Positions 46,001 to 60,219 of a stretch of DNA of 64,000 nucleotides are shown piece after piece; the stretch's first letter is position 1; each line of letters begins with the position of its first letter. The stretch is taken from positions 410,626,001 to 410,690,000 of the forward strand of contig OZ024741.1 in assembly GCA_964016885.1 (NCBI GenBank), read 5' to 3'. The translations under genes and the position numbers were made by a program. The notes under the pieces were generated by a model. That model made no database searches and was not told the DNA's origin. It worked only from the letters and a program-made list of their open reading frames with translations. The stretch comes from Eledone cirrhosa (taxonomy: Eukaryota).

Positions 46001-49000
46001 ATCTGTGACAGTAGAGTGTATATACTATATCTGAGACAGTAGAGTGTATATACTATATCTGTGTGACAGTAGAGTGTATATACTATATCTGTGACAGTAG
46101 AGTGTATATACTATATCTGAGATAGTAGAGTGTATATACTATATTTGTGACAGTAGAGTGTATATACTATATATCTGAGACAGTAGAGTGTATATACTAT
46201 ATCTGTGACAGTAGAGTGTATATACTATATCTGTGACAGTAGAGTGTATATACTATATATCTGAGATAGTAGAGTGTATATACTATATCTGTGACAGTAG
46301 AGTGTATATACTATATCTGTGACAGTAGAGTGTATATACTATATATCTGAGAGAGTAGAGTGTATATACTATATATCTGAGACAGTAGAGTGTATATACT
46401 ATATCTGTGACAGTAGAGTGTATATACTATATCTGTGACAGTAGAGTGTATATACTATATCTGTGACAGTAGAGTGTATATACTATATCTGAGACAGTAG
46501 AGTGTATATACTATATCTGTGTGACAGTAGAGTGTATATACTATATCTGTGACAGTAGAGTGTATATACTATATCTGAGATAGTAGAGTGTATATACTAT
46601 ATCTGAGACAGTAGAGTGTATATACTATATCTGTGACAGTAGAGTGCATATACTATATATCTGTGACAGTAGAGTGTATATACTATATCTGTGACAGTAG
46701 AGTGTATATACTATATCTGTGACAGTAGAGTGTATATACTATATCTGAGACAGTAGAGTGTATATACTATATCTGTGTGACAGTAGAGTGTATATACTAT
46801 ATCTGTGACAGTAGAGTGTATATACTATATCTGAGATAGTAGAGTGTATATACTATATTTGTGACAGTAGAGTGTATATACTATATATCTGAGACAGTAG
46901 AGTGTATATACTATATCTGTGACAGTAGAGTGTATATACTATATCTGTGACAGTAGAGTGTATATACTATATATCTGAGATAGTAGAGTGTATATACTAT
47001 ATCTGTGACAGTAGAGTGTATATACTATATCTGTGACAGTAGAGTGTATATACTATATATCTAAGAGAGTAGAGTGTATATACTATATATCTGAGACAGT
47101 AGAGTGTATATACTATATCTGTGACAGTAGAGTGTATATACTATATCTGTGACAGTAGAGTGTATATACTATATCTGTGACAGTAGAGTGTATCTACTAT
47201 ATCTGTGACAGTAGACTGTATATACTATATCTGTGACAGTAGAGTGTATATACTATATCTGTGACAGTAGAGTGTATATGCTATATCTGTGACAATACAG
47301 TGTATATACTATATCTGTAACAGTAGACTGTATATACTATATCTGTGACAGTAGAGTGTATATACTATATCTGTGACAGTAGAGTGTATATACTATATCT
47401 GTGACAGTAGACTGTATATACTATATCTGTGACAGTAGAGTGTATATACTATATCTGTGACAGTAGAGTGTATATACTATATCTGTGACAGTAGAGTGTA
47501 TATACTATATCTGTGACAGTAGAGTGTATATACTATATATCTGTGACAGTAGAGTGTATATACTATATCTGTGACAGTAGAGTGTATATGCTATATCTGT
47601 GACAGTAGAGTGTATATACTATATCTGTGAGACAGTAGAGTGTATATACTATATCTGTGACAGTAGAGTGTATATACTATATATCTGAGACAGTAGAGTG
47701 TATATGCTATATCTGTGACAGTAGAGTGTATATACTATATCTGTGAGACAGTAGAGTGTATATACTATATCTGTGACAGTAGAGTATATATACTATATCT
47801 GTGAAGGTAGCGTGTATATACTATATATCTGAGACAGTAGAGTGTATATACTATATATCTGTGACAGTAGAGTGTATATACTATATCTGTGACAGTAGAG
47901 TGTATATACTATATCTGTGACAGTAGAGTGTATATACTATATATCTGAGACAGTAGAGTGTATATACTATATATCTGTGACAGTAGAGTGTATATACTAT
48001 ATATCTGAGACAGTAGAGTATATATACTATATCTGTGACAGTAGAGTGTATATACTATATATCTGTGACAGTAGAGTGTATATACTATATCTGTGACAGT
48101 AGAGTGTATATACTATATATCTGTGACAGTAGAGTGTATATACTATATCTGTGACAGTAGAGTGTATATACTATATCTGTGACAGTAGAGTGTATATACT
48201 ATATCTGAGACGGTAGAGTGTATATACTATATCTGTGTGACAGTAGAGTGAATATACTATATCTGTGACAGTAGAGTATATATACTATATCTGTGACAGT
48301 AGAGTGTATATACTATATATCTGTGACAGTAGGGTGTATATACTATATCTGTGACAGTAGAATGTATATACTATATCTGAGACAGTAGAGTGTATATACT
48401 ATATCTGTGACAGTAGAGTGTATATACTATATCTGAGACAGTAGAGTGTATATACTATATCTGTGACAGTAGAGTGTATATACTATATCTGTGACAGTAG
48501 AGTGTATATACAATATCTGTGACAGTAGAGTGTATATACTATATATCTGTGATAGTAGAGTGTATATACTATATCTGTGACAGTAGAGTGTATACACTAT
48601 ATCTGTGACAGTAGAGTGTATATACTATATCTGTGACAGTAGAGTGTATATACTATATCTGTGACAGTAGAGTGTATATACTATATATCTGAGACAGTAG
48701 AGTGTATATACTATATATCTGTGACAGTAGAGTGTATCTACTATATCTGTGACAGTAGACTGTATATACTATATCTGAGACAGTAGAGTGTATATACTAT
48801 ATCTGTGACAGTAGAGTGTATATACTATATCTGTGACAGTAGAGTGTATATACTATATCTGTAACAGTAGAGTGTATATACTATATATCTGAGACTCTGT
48901 GACAGTAGAGTGTATATACTATATATCTGTGACAGTAGAGTGTATATACTATATCTGTGACAGTAGAGTGTATATACTATATCTGAGACAGTAGAGTGTA

Positions 49001-52000
49001 TATACTATATCTGTGTGACAGTAGAGTGTATATACTATATCTGTGACAGTAGAGTGTATATACTATATCTGAGACAGTAGAGTGTATATACTATATCTGT
49101 GACAGTAGAGTGTATATACTATATATCTGAGACAGTAGAGTGTATATACTATATATCTGAGACAGTAGAGTGTATCTACTATATCTGTGACAGTAGAGTG
49201 TATATACTATATATCTGAGACTCTGTGACAGTAGAGTGTATATACTATATATCTGTGACAGTAGAATGTATATACTATATCTGTGACAGTAGAGTGTATA
49301 TACTATATCTGTGACAGTAGAGTGTATATACTATATCTGAGACAGTAGAGTGTATATACTATATCTGTGTGACAGTAGAGTGTATATACTATATCTGTGA
49401 CAGTAGAGTGTATATACTATATCTGAGACAGTAGAGTGTATATACTATATCTGAGACAGTAGAGTGTATATACTATATCTGTGACAGTAGAGTGCATATA
49501 CTATATATCTGTGACAGTAGAGTGTATATACTATATCTGTGAGACAGTAGAGTGTATATACTATATATCTGTGACAGTAGAGTGTATATACTATATCTGT
49601 GACAGTAGAGTGTATATACTATATCTGTGACAGTAGAGTGTATATACTATATCTGAGACAGTAGAGTGTATATACTATATCTGTGTGACAGTAGAGTATA
49701 TATACTATATCTGTGACAGTAGAGTGTATATACTATATCTGAGATAGTAGAGTGTATATACTATATTTGTGACAGTAGCGTGTATATACTATATATCTGA
49801 GACAGTAGAGTGTATATACTATATCTGTGACAGTAGAGTGTATATACTATATCTGTGACAGTAGAGTGTATATACTATATATCTGAGATAGTAGAGTGTA
49901 TATACTGTATCTGTGACAGTAGAGTGTATATACTATATCTGTGACAGTAGAGTGTATATACTATATATCTGAGAGAGTAGAGTGTATATACTATATATCT
50001 GAGACAGTAGAGTGTATATACTATATCTGTGACAGTAGAGTGTATATACTATATCTGTGACAGTAGAGTGTATATACTATATCTGTGACAGTAGAGTGTA
50101 TCTACTATATCTGTGACAGTAGACTGTATATACTATATCTGTGACAGTAGAGTGTATATACTATATCTGTGACAGTAGAGTGTATATGCTATATCTGTGA
50201 CAATACAGTGTATATACTATATCTGTGACAGTAGACTGTATATACTATATCTGTGACAGTAGAGTGTATATACTATATCTGTGACAGTAGACTGTATATA
50301 CTATATCTGTGACAGTAGAGTGTATATACTATATATCTGAGACTCTGTGACAGTAGAGTGTATATACTATATATCTGTGACAGTAGAATGTATATACTAT
50401 ATCTGTGACAGTAGAGTGTATATACTATATCTGTGACAGTAGAGTGTATATACTATATCTGAGACAGTAGAGTGTATATACTATATCTGTGTGACAGTAG
50501 AGTGTATATACTATATCTGTGACAGTAGAGTGTATATACTATATCTGAGACAGTAGAGTGTATATACTATATCTGAGACAGTAGAGTGTATATACTATAT
50601 CTGTGACAGTAGAGTGCATATACTATATATCTGTGACAGTAGAGTGTATATACTATATCTGTGAGACAGTAGAGTGTATATACTATATATCTGTGACAGT
50701 AGAGTGTATATACTATATCTGTGACAGTAGAGTGTATATACTATATCTGTGACAGTAGAGTGTATATACTATATCTGAGACAGTAGAGTGTATATACTAT
50801 ATCTGTGTGACAGTAGAGTGTATATACTATATCTGTGACAGTAGAGTGTATATACTATATCTGTGACAATACAGTGTATATACTATATCTGTAACAGTAG
50901 ACTGTATATACTATATCTGTGACAGTAGAGTGTATATACTATATCTGTGACAGTAGAGTGTATATACTATATCTGTGACAGTAGACTGTATATACTATAT
51001 CTGTGACAGTAGAGTGTATATACTATATCTGTGACAGTAGAGTGTATATACTATATCTGTGACAGTAGAGTGTATATACTATATCTGTGACAGTAGAGTG
51101 TATATACTATATATCTGTGACAGTAGAGTGTATATACTATATCTGTGACAGTAGAGTGTATATGCTATATCTGTGACAGTAGAGTGTATATACTATATCT
51201 GTGAGACAGTAGAGTGTATATACTATATCTGTGACAGTAGAGTGTATATACTATATATCTGAGACAGTAGAGTGTATATGCTATATCTGTGACAGTAGAG
51301 TGTATATACTATATCTGTGAGACAGTAGAGTGTATATACTATATCTGTGACAGTAGAGTATATATACTATATCTGTGAAGGTAGCGTGTATATACTATAT
51401 ATCTGAGACAGTAGAGTGTATATACTATATATCTGTGACAGTAGAGTGTATATACTATATCTGTGACAGTAGAGTGTATATACTATATCTGTGACAGTAG
51501 AGTGTATATACTATATATCTGAGACATTAGAGTGTATATGCTATATCTGTGACAGTAGAGTGTATATACTATATCTGTGAGACGGTAGAGTGTATATACT
51601 ATATCTGTGACAGTAGAGTATATATACTATATCTGTGACAGTAGAGTGTATATACTATATATCTGAGACAGTAGAGTGTATATACTATATATCTGTGACA
51701 GTAGAGTGTATATACTATATCTGTGACAGTAGAGTGTATATACTATATCTGTGACAGTAGAGTGTATATACTATATATCTGAGACAGTAGAGTGTATATA
51801 CTATATCTGTGACAGTAGAGTGTATATACTATATCTGTGACAGTAGAGTGTATATACTATATCTGTGACAGTAGAGTGTATATACTATATATCTGAGACA
51901 GTAGAGTGTATATACTATATCTGTGACAGTTGAGTGTATATACTATATCTGTGACAGTAGAGTGTATATACTATATCTGTGACAGTAGAGTGTATATACT

Positions 52001-55000
52001 ATATATCTGAGACAGTAGAGTGTATATACTATATATCTGAGACAGTAGAGTGTATATACTATATCTGTGACAGTAGAGTGTATATACTATATCTGTGACA
52101 GTAGAGTGTATATACTATATCTGTGAGACAGTAGAGTGTATATACTATATCTGTGACAGTAGAGTGTATATACTATATATCTGAGACATTAGAGTGTATA
52201 TGCTATATCTGTGACAGTAGAGTGTATATACTATATCTGTGAGACGGTAGAGTGTATATACTATATCTGTGACAGTAGAGTATATATACTATATCTGTGA
52301 CAGTAGAGTGTATATACTATATATCTGAGACAGTAGAGTGTATATACTATATATCTGAGACAGTAGAGTGTATATACTATATCTGTGACAGTAGAGTGTA
52401 TATACTATATCTGTGACAGTAGAGTGTATATACTATATCTGTGACAGTAGAGTGTATATACTATATCTGTGACAGTAGAGTGTATATACTATATATCTGA
52501 GACATTAGAGTGTATATGCTATATCTGTGACAGTAGAGTGTATATACCATATCTGTGAGACGGTAGAGTGTATATACTATATCTGTGACAGTAGAGTATA
52601 TATACTATATCTGTGACAGTAGAGTGTATATACTATATATCTGAGACAGTAGAGTGTATATACTATATATCTGTGACAGTAGAGTGTATATACTATATCT
52701 GTGACAGTAGAGTGTATATACTATATCTGTGACAGTAGAGTGTATATACTATATCTGTGACAGTAGAGTGTATATACTATATCTGTGACAGTAGAGTGTA
52801 TATACTATATATCTGAGACAGTAGAGTGTATATACTATATCAGTGACAGTAGAGTGTATATACTATATCTGTGACAGTAGAGTGTATATACTATATCTGT
52901 GACAGTAGAGTGTATATACTATATATCTGAGACAGTAGAGTGTATATACTATATGTGTGACAGTTGAGTGTATATACTATATCTGTGACAGTAGAGTGTA
53001 TATACTATATCTGTGACAGTAGAGTGTATATACTATATATCTGAGACAGTAGAGTGTATATACTATATATCTGAGACAGTAGAGTGTATATACTATATCT
53101 GTGACAGTAGAGTGTATATACTATATCTGTGACAGTAGAGTGTATATACTATATCTGTGAGACAGTAGAGTGTATATACTATATCTGTGACAGTAGAGTG
53201 TATATACTATATCTGTGACAGTAGAGTGTATATACTATATATCTGTGACAGTAGAGTGTATATACTATATATCTGTGACAGTAGAGTGTATATACTATAT
53301 ATCTGAGACAGTAGAGTGTATATACTATATATCTGAGACAGTAGCGTGTATATACTATATCTGTGACAGTAGAGTGTATATACTATATATCTGAGACAGT
53401 AGAGTGTATATACTATATCTGTGACAGTAGAGTGTATATACTATATCTGTGACAGTAGAGTGTATATACTATATCTGTGACAGTAGAGTGTATATACTAT
53501 ATCTGTGACAGTAGAGTGTATATACTATATATCTGAGACAGTAGAGTGTATATACTATATCTGTGAGAGTAGAGTGTATATACTATATCTGTGACAGTAG
53601 AGTGTATATACTATATCTGTGACAGTAGAGTGTATATACTATATCTGTGACAGTAGAGTGTATATACTATATCTGTGAGACAGTAGAGTGTATATACTAT
53701 ATATCTGTGACAGTAGAGTGTATATACTATATCTGAGACAGTAGAGTGTATATACTATATCTGTGTGACAGTAGAGTGTATATACTATATCTGTGAGACA
53801 GTAGAGTGTATATACTATATATCTGTGTCAGTAGAGTGTATATACTATATCTGAGACAGTAGAGTGTATATACTATATCTGAGACAGTAGAGTGTATATA
53901 CTATATCTGTGAGACAGTAGAGTGTATATACTATATATCTGTGTCAGTAGAGTGTATATACTATATCTGAGACAGTAGAGTGTATATACTATATCTGAGA
54001 CAGTAGAGTGTATAAACTATATCTGAGACAGTAGAGTGTATATACTATATCTGTGACAGTAGAGTGTATATACTATATATCTGTGACAGTAGAGTGTATA
54101 TACTATATCTGTGAGACATTAGAGTGTATATACTATATATCTGTGACAGTAGAGTGTATATACTATATCTGTCACAGTAGAGTGTATATACTATATATCT
54201 GTCACAGTAGAGTGTATATACTATATATCTGTGACAGTAGAGTGTATATACTATATCTGAGACAGTAGAGTGTATAAACTATATCTGAGACAGTAGAGTG
54301 TATATACTATATCTGTGACAGTAGAGTGTATATACTATATATCTGTGACAGTAGAGTGTATATACTATATCTGTGAGACAGTAGAGTGTATATACTATAT
54401 ATCTGTGACAGTAGAGTGTATATACTATATCTGTCACAGTAGAGTGTATATACTATATATCTGTCACAGTAGAGTGTATATACTATATATCTGTGACAGT
54501 AGAGTGTATATACTATATCTGTGAGACAGTAGAGTGTATATACTATATCTGTGACAGTAGAGTGTATATACTATATCTGTGACAGTAGAGTGTATATACT
54601 ATATCTGTGACAATAGTGTGTATATACTATATCTGTGAGACAGTAGAGTGTATATACTATATATCTGAGACAGTAGAGTGTATATACTATATCTGTGACA
54701 GTAGAGTGTATATACTATATCTGTGACAGTAGAGTGTATATACTATATCTGTGACAGTAGAGTGTATATACTATATATCTGAGACAGTAGAGTGTATATG
54801 CTATATCTGTGACAGTAGAGTGTATATAATATATCTGTGAGACAGTAGAGTGTATATACTATATATGTGACAGTAGAGTGTATATACTATATATCTGTGA
54901 CAGTAGAGTGTATATACTATATATCTGTGACAGTAGAGTGTATATACTATATCTGTGACAGTAGAGTGTATATACTATATCTGTGACAGTAGAGTGTATA

Positions 55001-58000
55001 TACTATATCTGTGACAGTAGAGTGTATATACTATATATCTGAGACAGTAGAGTGTATATACTATATCTGTGACAGTAGAGTGTATATACTATATCTGTGA
55101 CAGTAGAGTGTATATACTATATATCTGAGACAGTAGAGTGTATATACTATATCTTTGACAGTAGAGTGTATATACTATATTTGTGACAGTAGAGTGTATA
55201 TACTATATATCTGAGACAGTAGAGTGTATATACTATATATCTGTGACAGTAGAGTGTATCTACTATATCTGTGACAGTAGAGTGTATATACTATATCTGT
55301 GACAGTAGACTGTATATACTATATATCTGAGACAGTAGAGTGTATATACTATATCTGTGACAGTAGACTGTATATACTATATCTGTGACAGTAGAGTGTA
55401 TATACTATATCTGTGACAGTAGAGTGTATATACTATATCTGTGACAGTAGAGTGTATATACTATATATCTGAGACAGTAGAGTGTATATATTATATCTGT
55501 GACAGTAGACTGTATATACTATATCTGTGACAGTAGAGTGTATATACTATATATCTGAGACAGTAGAGTGTATATACTATATATCTGAGACAGTAGAGTG
55601 TATATACTATATCTGTGACAGTAGAGTGTATATACTATATATCTGTGACAGTAGAGTGTATATACTATATCTGTGACAGTAGAGTGTATATACTATATCT
55701 GTGACAGTAGAGTGTATATACTATATCTGTGACAGTAGAGTGTATATACTATATATCAGAGACAGTAGAGTGTATATACTATATCTGTGACAGTAGAGTG
55801 TATATGCTATATCTGTGACAGTAGAGTGTATATACTATATCTGTGACAGTAGAGTGTATATACTATATCTGTGACAGTAGAGTGTATATACTATATCTGT
55901 GACAGTAGAGTGTATATACTATACCTGTGACAGTAGAGTGTATATACTATATCTGTGACAGTAGAGTATATATACTATATCTGTGACAGTAGAGTGTATA
56001 TACTATATCTGTGACAGTAGAGTGTATATACTATATATCTGTGACAGTAGAGTGTATATACTATATCTGTGACAGTAGAGTGTATATGCTATATCTGTGA
56101 CAGTAGAGTGTATATACTATATCTGTGAGACATTAGAGTGTATATACTATATCTGTGACAGTAGAGTATATATACTATATCTGTGAAGGTAGCGTGTATA
56201 TACTATATATCTGAGACAGTAGAGTGTATATACTATATCTGTGAGACAGTAGAGTGTATATACTATATCTGTGACAGTAGAGTGTATATACTATATCTGT
56301 GACAGTAGAGTGTATATGCTATATCTGTGACAGTAGAGTGTATATACTATATCTGTGAGACATTAGAGTGTATATACTATATCTGTGACAGTAGAGTATA
56401 TATACTATATCTGTGAAGGTAGCGTGTATATACTATATATCTGAGACAGTAGAGTGTATATACTATATATCTGTGACAGTAGAGTGTATATACTATATCT
56501 GTGAGACAGTAGAGCGTATATACTATATCTGTGACAGTAGAGTGTATATACTATATCTGTGACAGTAGAGTGTATATGCTATATCTGTCACAGTAGAGTG
56601 TATATACTATATCTGTGAGACATTAGAGTGTATATACTATATCTGTGACAGTAGAGTATATATACTATATCTGTGAAGGTAGCGTGTATATACTATATAT
56701 CTGAGACAGTAGAGTGTATATACTATATATCTGTGACAGTAGAGTGTATATACTATATCTGTGACAGTAGAGGGTATATACTATATCTGTGACAGTAGAG
56801 TGTATATACTATATCTGTGAGAGTAGAGTGTATATACTATATCTGTGACAGTAGAGTGTATATACTATATCTGAGACAGTAGAGTGTATATACTATATCT
56901 GTGTGACAGTAGAGTGTATATACTATATATCTGAGACAGTAGAGTGTATATACTATATCTGTGAGACAGTAGAGTGTATATACTATATCTGTGACAGTAG
57001 AGTGTATATACTATATCTGTGTGACAGTAGAGTGTATATACTATATCTGTGACAGTAGAGTGTATATACTATATCTGTGACAGTAGAGTGTATATACTAT
57101 ATCTGTGACAGTAGAGTGTATATACTATATCTGTGACAGTAGAGTGTATATACTATATCTGTGACAGTAGAGTGTATATACTATATCTGTGACAGTAGAG
57201 TGTATATACTATATATCTGAGACAGTAGAGTGTATATACTATATCTGTGACAGTAGAGTCTATATACTATATATCTGTGACAGTAGAGTGTATATACTAT
57301 ATCTGTGAGACAGTAGAGTGTATATACTATATCTGTGACAGTAGAGTGTATATACTATATCTGTGACAGTAGAGTGTATATAATATATATCTGAGACAGT
57401 AGAGTGTATATGCTATATCTGTGACAGTAGAGTGTATATACTATATCTGTGAGACAGTAGAGTGTATATACTATATCTGTGACAGTAGAGTGTATATACT
57501 ATATATCTGAGACTCTGTGACAGTAGAGTGTATATACTATATATCTGTGACAGTAGAGTGTATATACTATATCTGTGACAGTAGAGTGTATATACTATAT
57601 ATCTGTGACAGTAGAGTGTATATACTATATCTGTGACAGTAGAGTGTATATACTATATCTGAGACAGTAGAGTGTATATACTATATCTGTGTGACAGTAG
57701 AGTGTATATACTATATCTGTGACAGTAGAGTGTATATACTATATCTGAGACAGTAGAGTGTATATACTATATCTGAGACAGTAGAGTGTATATACTATAT
57801 CTGTGTGACAGTAGAGTGTATATACTATATCTGTGACAGTAGAGTGTATATACTATATCTGAGACAGTAGAGTGTATATACTATATCTGAGTCAGTAGAG
57901 TGTATATACTATATCTGTGACAGTAGAGTGCATATACTATATATCTGTGACAGTAGAGTGTATATACTATATCTGTGAGACAGTAGAGTGTATATACTAT

Positions 58001-58139
58001 ATATCTGTGACAGTAGAGTGTATATACTATATCTGTGACAGTAGAGTGTATATACTATATCTGTGACAGTAGAGTGTATACACTATATCTGAGACAGTAG
58101 AGTGTATATACTATATCTGTGTGGCAGTAGAGTGTATAT

Positions 58140-58800
58140 ACTATATCTGTGAGACATTAGAGTGTATATACTATATCTGTGACAGTAGAGTATATATACT
58201 ATATCTGTGAAGGTAGCGTGTATATACTATATATCTGAGACAGTAGAGTGTATATACTATATATCTGTGACAGTAGAGTGTATATACTATATCTGTGAGA
58301 CAGTAGAGTGTATATACTATATCTGTGACAGTAGAGTGTATATACTATATCTGTGACAGTAGAGTGTATATGCTATATCTGTGACAGTAGAGTGTATATA
58401 CTATATCTGTGAGACATTAGAGTGTATATACTATATCTGTGACAGTAGAGTATATATACTATATCTGTGAAGGTAGCGTGTATATACTATATATCTGAGA
58501 CAGTAGAGTGTATATACTATATATCTGTGACAGTAGAGTGTATATACTATATCTGTGAGACAGTAGAGTGTATATACTATATCTGTGACAGTAGAGTGTA
58601 TATACTATATCTGTGACAGTAGAGTGTATATGCTATATCTGTGACAGTAGAGTGTATATACTATATCTGTGAGACATTAGAGTGTATATACTATATCTGT
58701 GACAGTAGAGTATATATACTATATCTGTGAAGGTAGCGTGTATATACTATATATCTGAGACAGTAGAGTGTATATACTATATATCTGTGACAGTAGAGTG
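58140..58800 (+). repeat. 260-bp (9-monomer) local higher-order repeat, about 3 copies
   Basis: CTGTGAAGGTAGCG at 58205, 58465 and 58725, each preceded by GACATTAG and GAGTATAT monomers. 260 = 5x28 + 4x30. Confidence 0.88.
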
Positions 58801-60219
58801 TATATACTATATCTGTGACAGTAGAGGGTATATACTATATCTGTGACAGTAGAGTGTATATACTATATCTGTGAGAGTAGAGTGTATATACTATATCTGT
58901 GACAGTAGAGTGTATATACTATATCTGAGACAGTAGAGTGTATATACTATATCTGTGTGACAGTAGAGTGTATATGCTATATATCTGAGACAGTAGAGTG
59001 TATATACTATATCTGTGAGACAGTAGAGTGTATATACTATATCTGTGACAGTAGAGTGTATATACTATATCTGTGTGACAGTAGAGTGTATATACTATAT
59101 CTGTGACAGTAGAGTGTATATACTATATCTGTGACAGTAGAGTGTATATACTATATCTGTGACAGTAGAGTGTATATACTATATCTGTGACAGTAGAGTG
59201 TATATACTATATCTGTGACAGTAGAGTGTATATACTATATATCTGAGACAGTAGAGTGTATATACTATATCTGAGACAGTAGAGTGTATATACTATATCT
59301 GTGACAGTAGAGTGTATATACTATATATCTGAGACAGTAGAGTGTATATACTATATCTGTGACAGTAGAGTGTATATACTATATATCTGAGACAGTAGAG
59401 TGTATATACTATATCTGTGACAGTAGAGTGTATATACTATATCTGTGACAGTAGAGTGTATATACTATATCTGTGACAGTAGAGTGTATATACTATATAT
59501 CTGTGACAGTAGAGTGTATATACTATATCTGTGAGACAGTAGAGTGTATATACTATATCTGTGACAGTAGAGTGTATATACTATATCTGTGACAGTAGAG
59601 TGTATATAATATATCTGTGACAATAGTGTGTATATACTATATCTGTGAGACAGTAGAGTGTATATACTATATCTGTGACAGTGGAGTGTATATACTATAT
59701 CTGTGACAGTAGAGTGTATATACTATATATCTGAGACAGTAGAGTGTATATACTATATCTGTGACAGTAGAGTGTATATAATATATCTGTGACAGTAGAG
59801 TGTATATACTATATATCTGAGACAGTAGAGTGTATATGCTATATCTGTGACAGTAGAGTGTATATACTATATCTGTGAGACAGTAGAGTGTATATACTAT
59901 ATATGTGACAGTAGAGTGTATATACTATATATCTGAGATAGTAGAGTGTATATACTATATCTGTGACAGTAGAGTGTATATACTATATCTGTGACAGTAG
60001 AGTGTATATACTATATATCTGAGAGAGTAGAGTGTATACACTATATATCTGAGACAGTAGAGTGTATATACTATATCTGTGACAGTAGAGTGTATATACT
60101 ATATCTGTGACAGTAGAGTGTATATACTATATCTGTGACAGTAGAGTGTATCTACTATATCTGTGACAGTAGACTGTATATACTATATCTGTGACAGTAG
60201 AGTGTATATGCTATATCTG

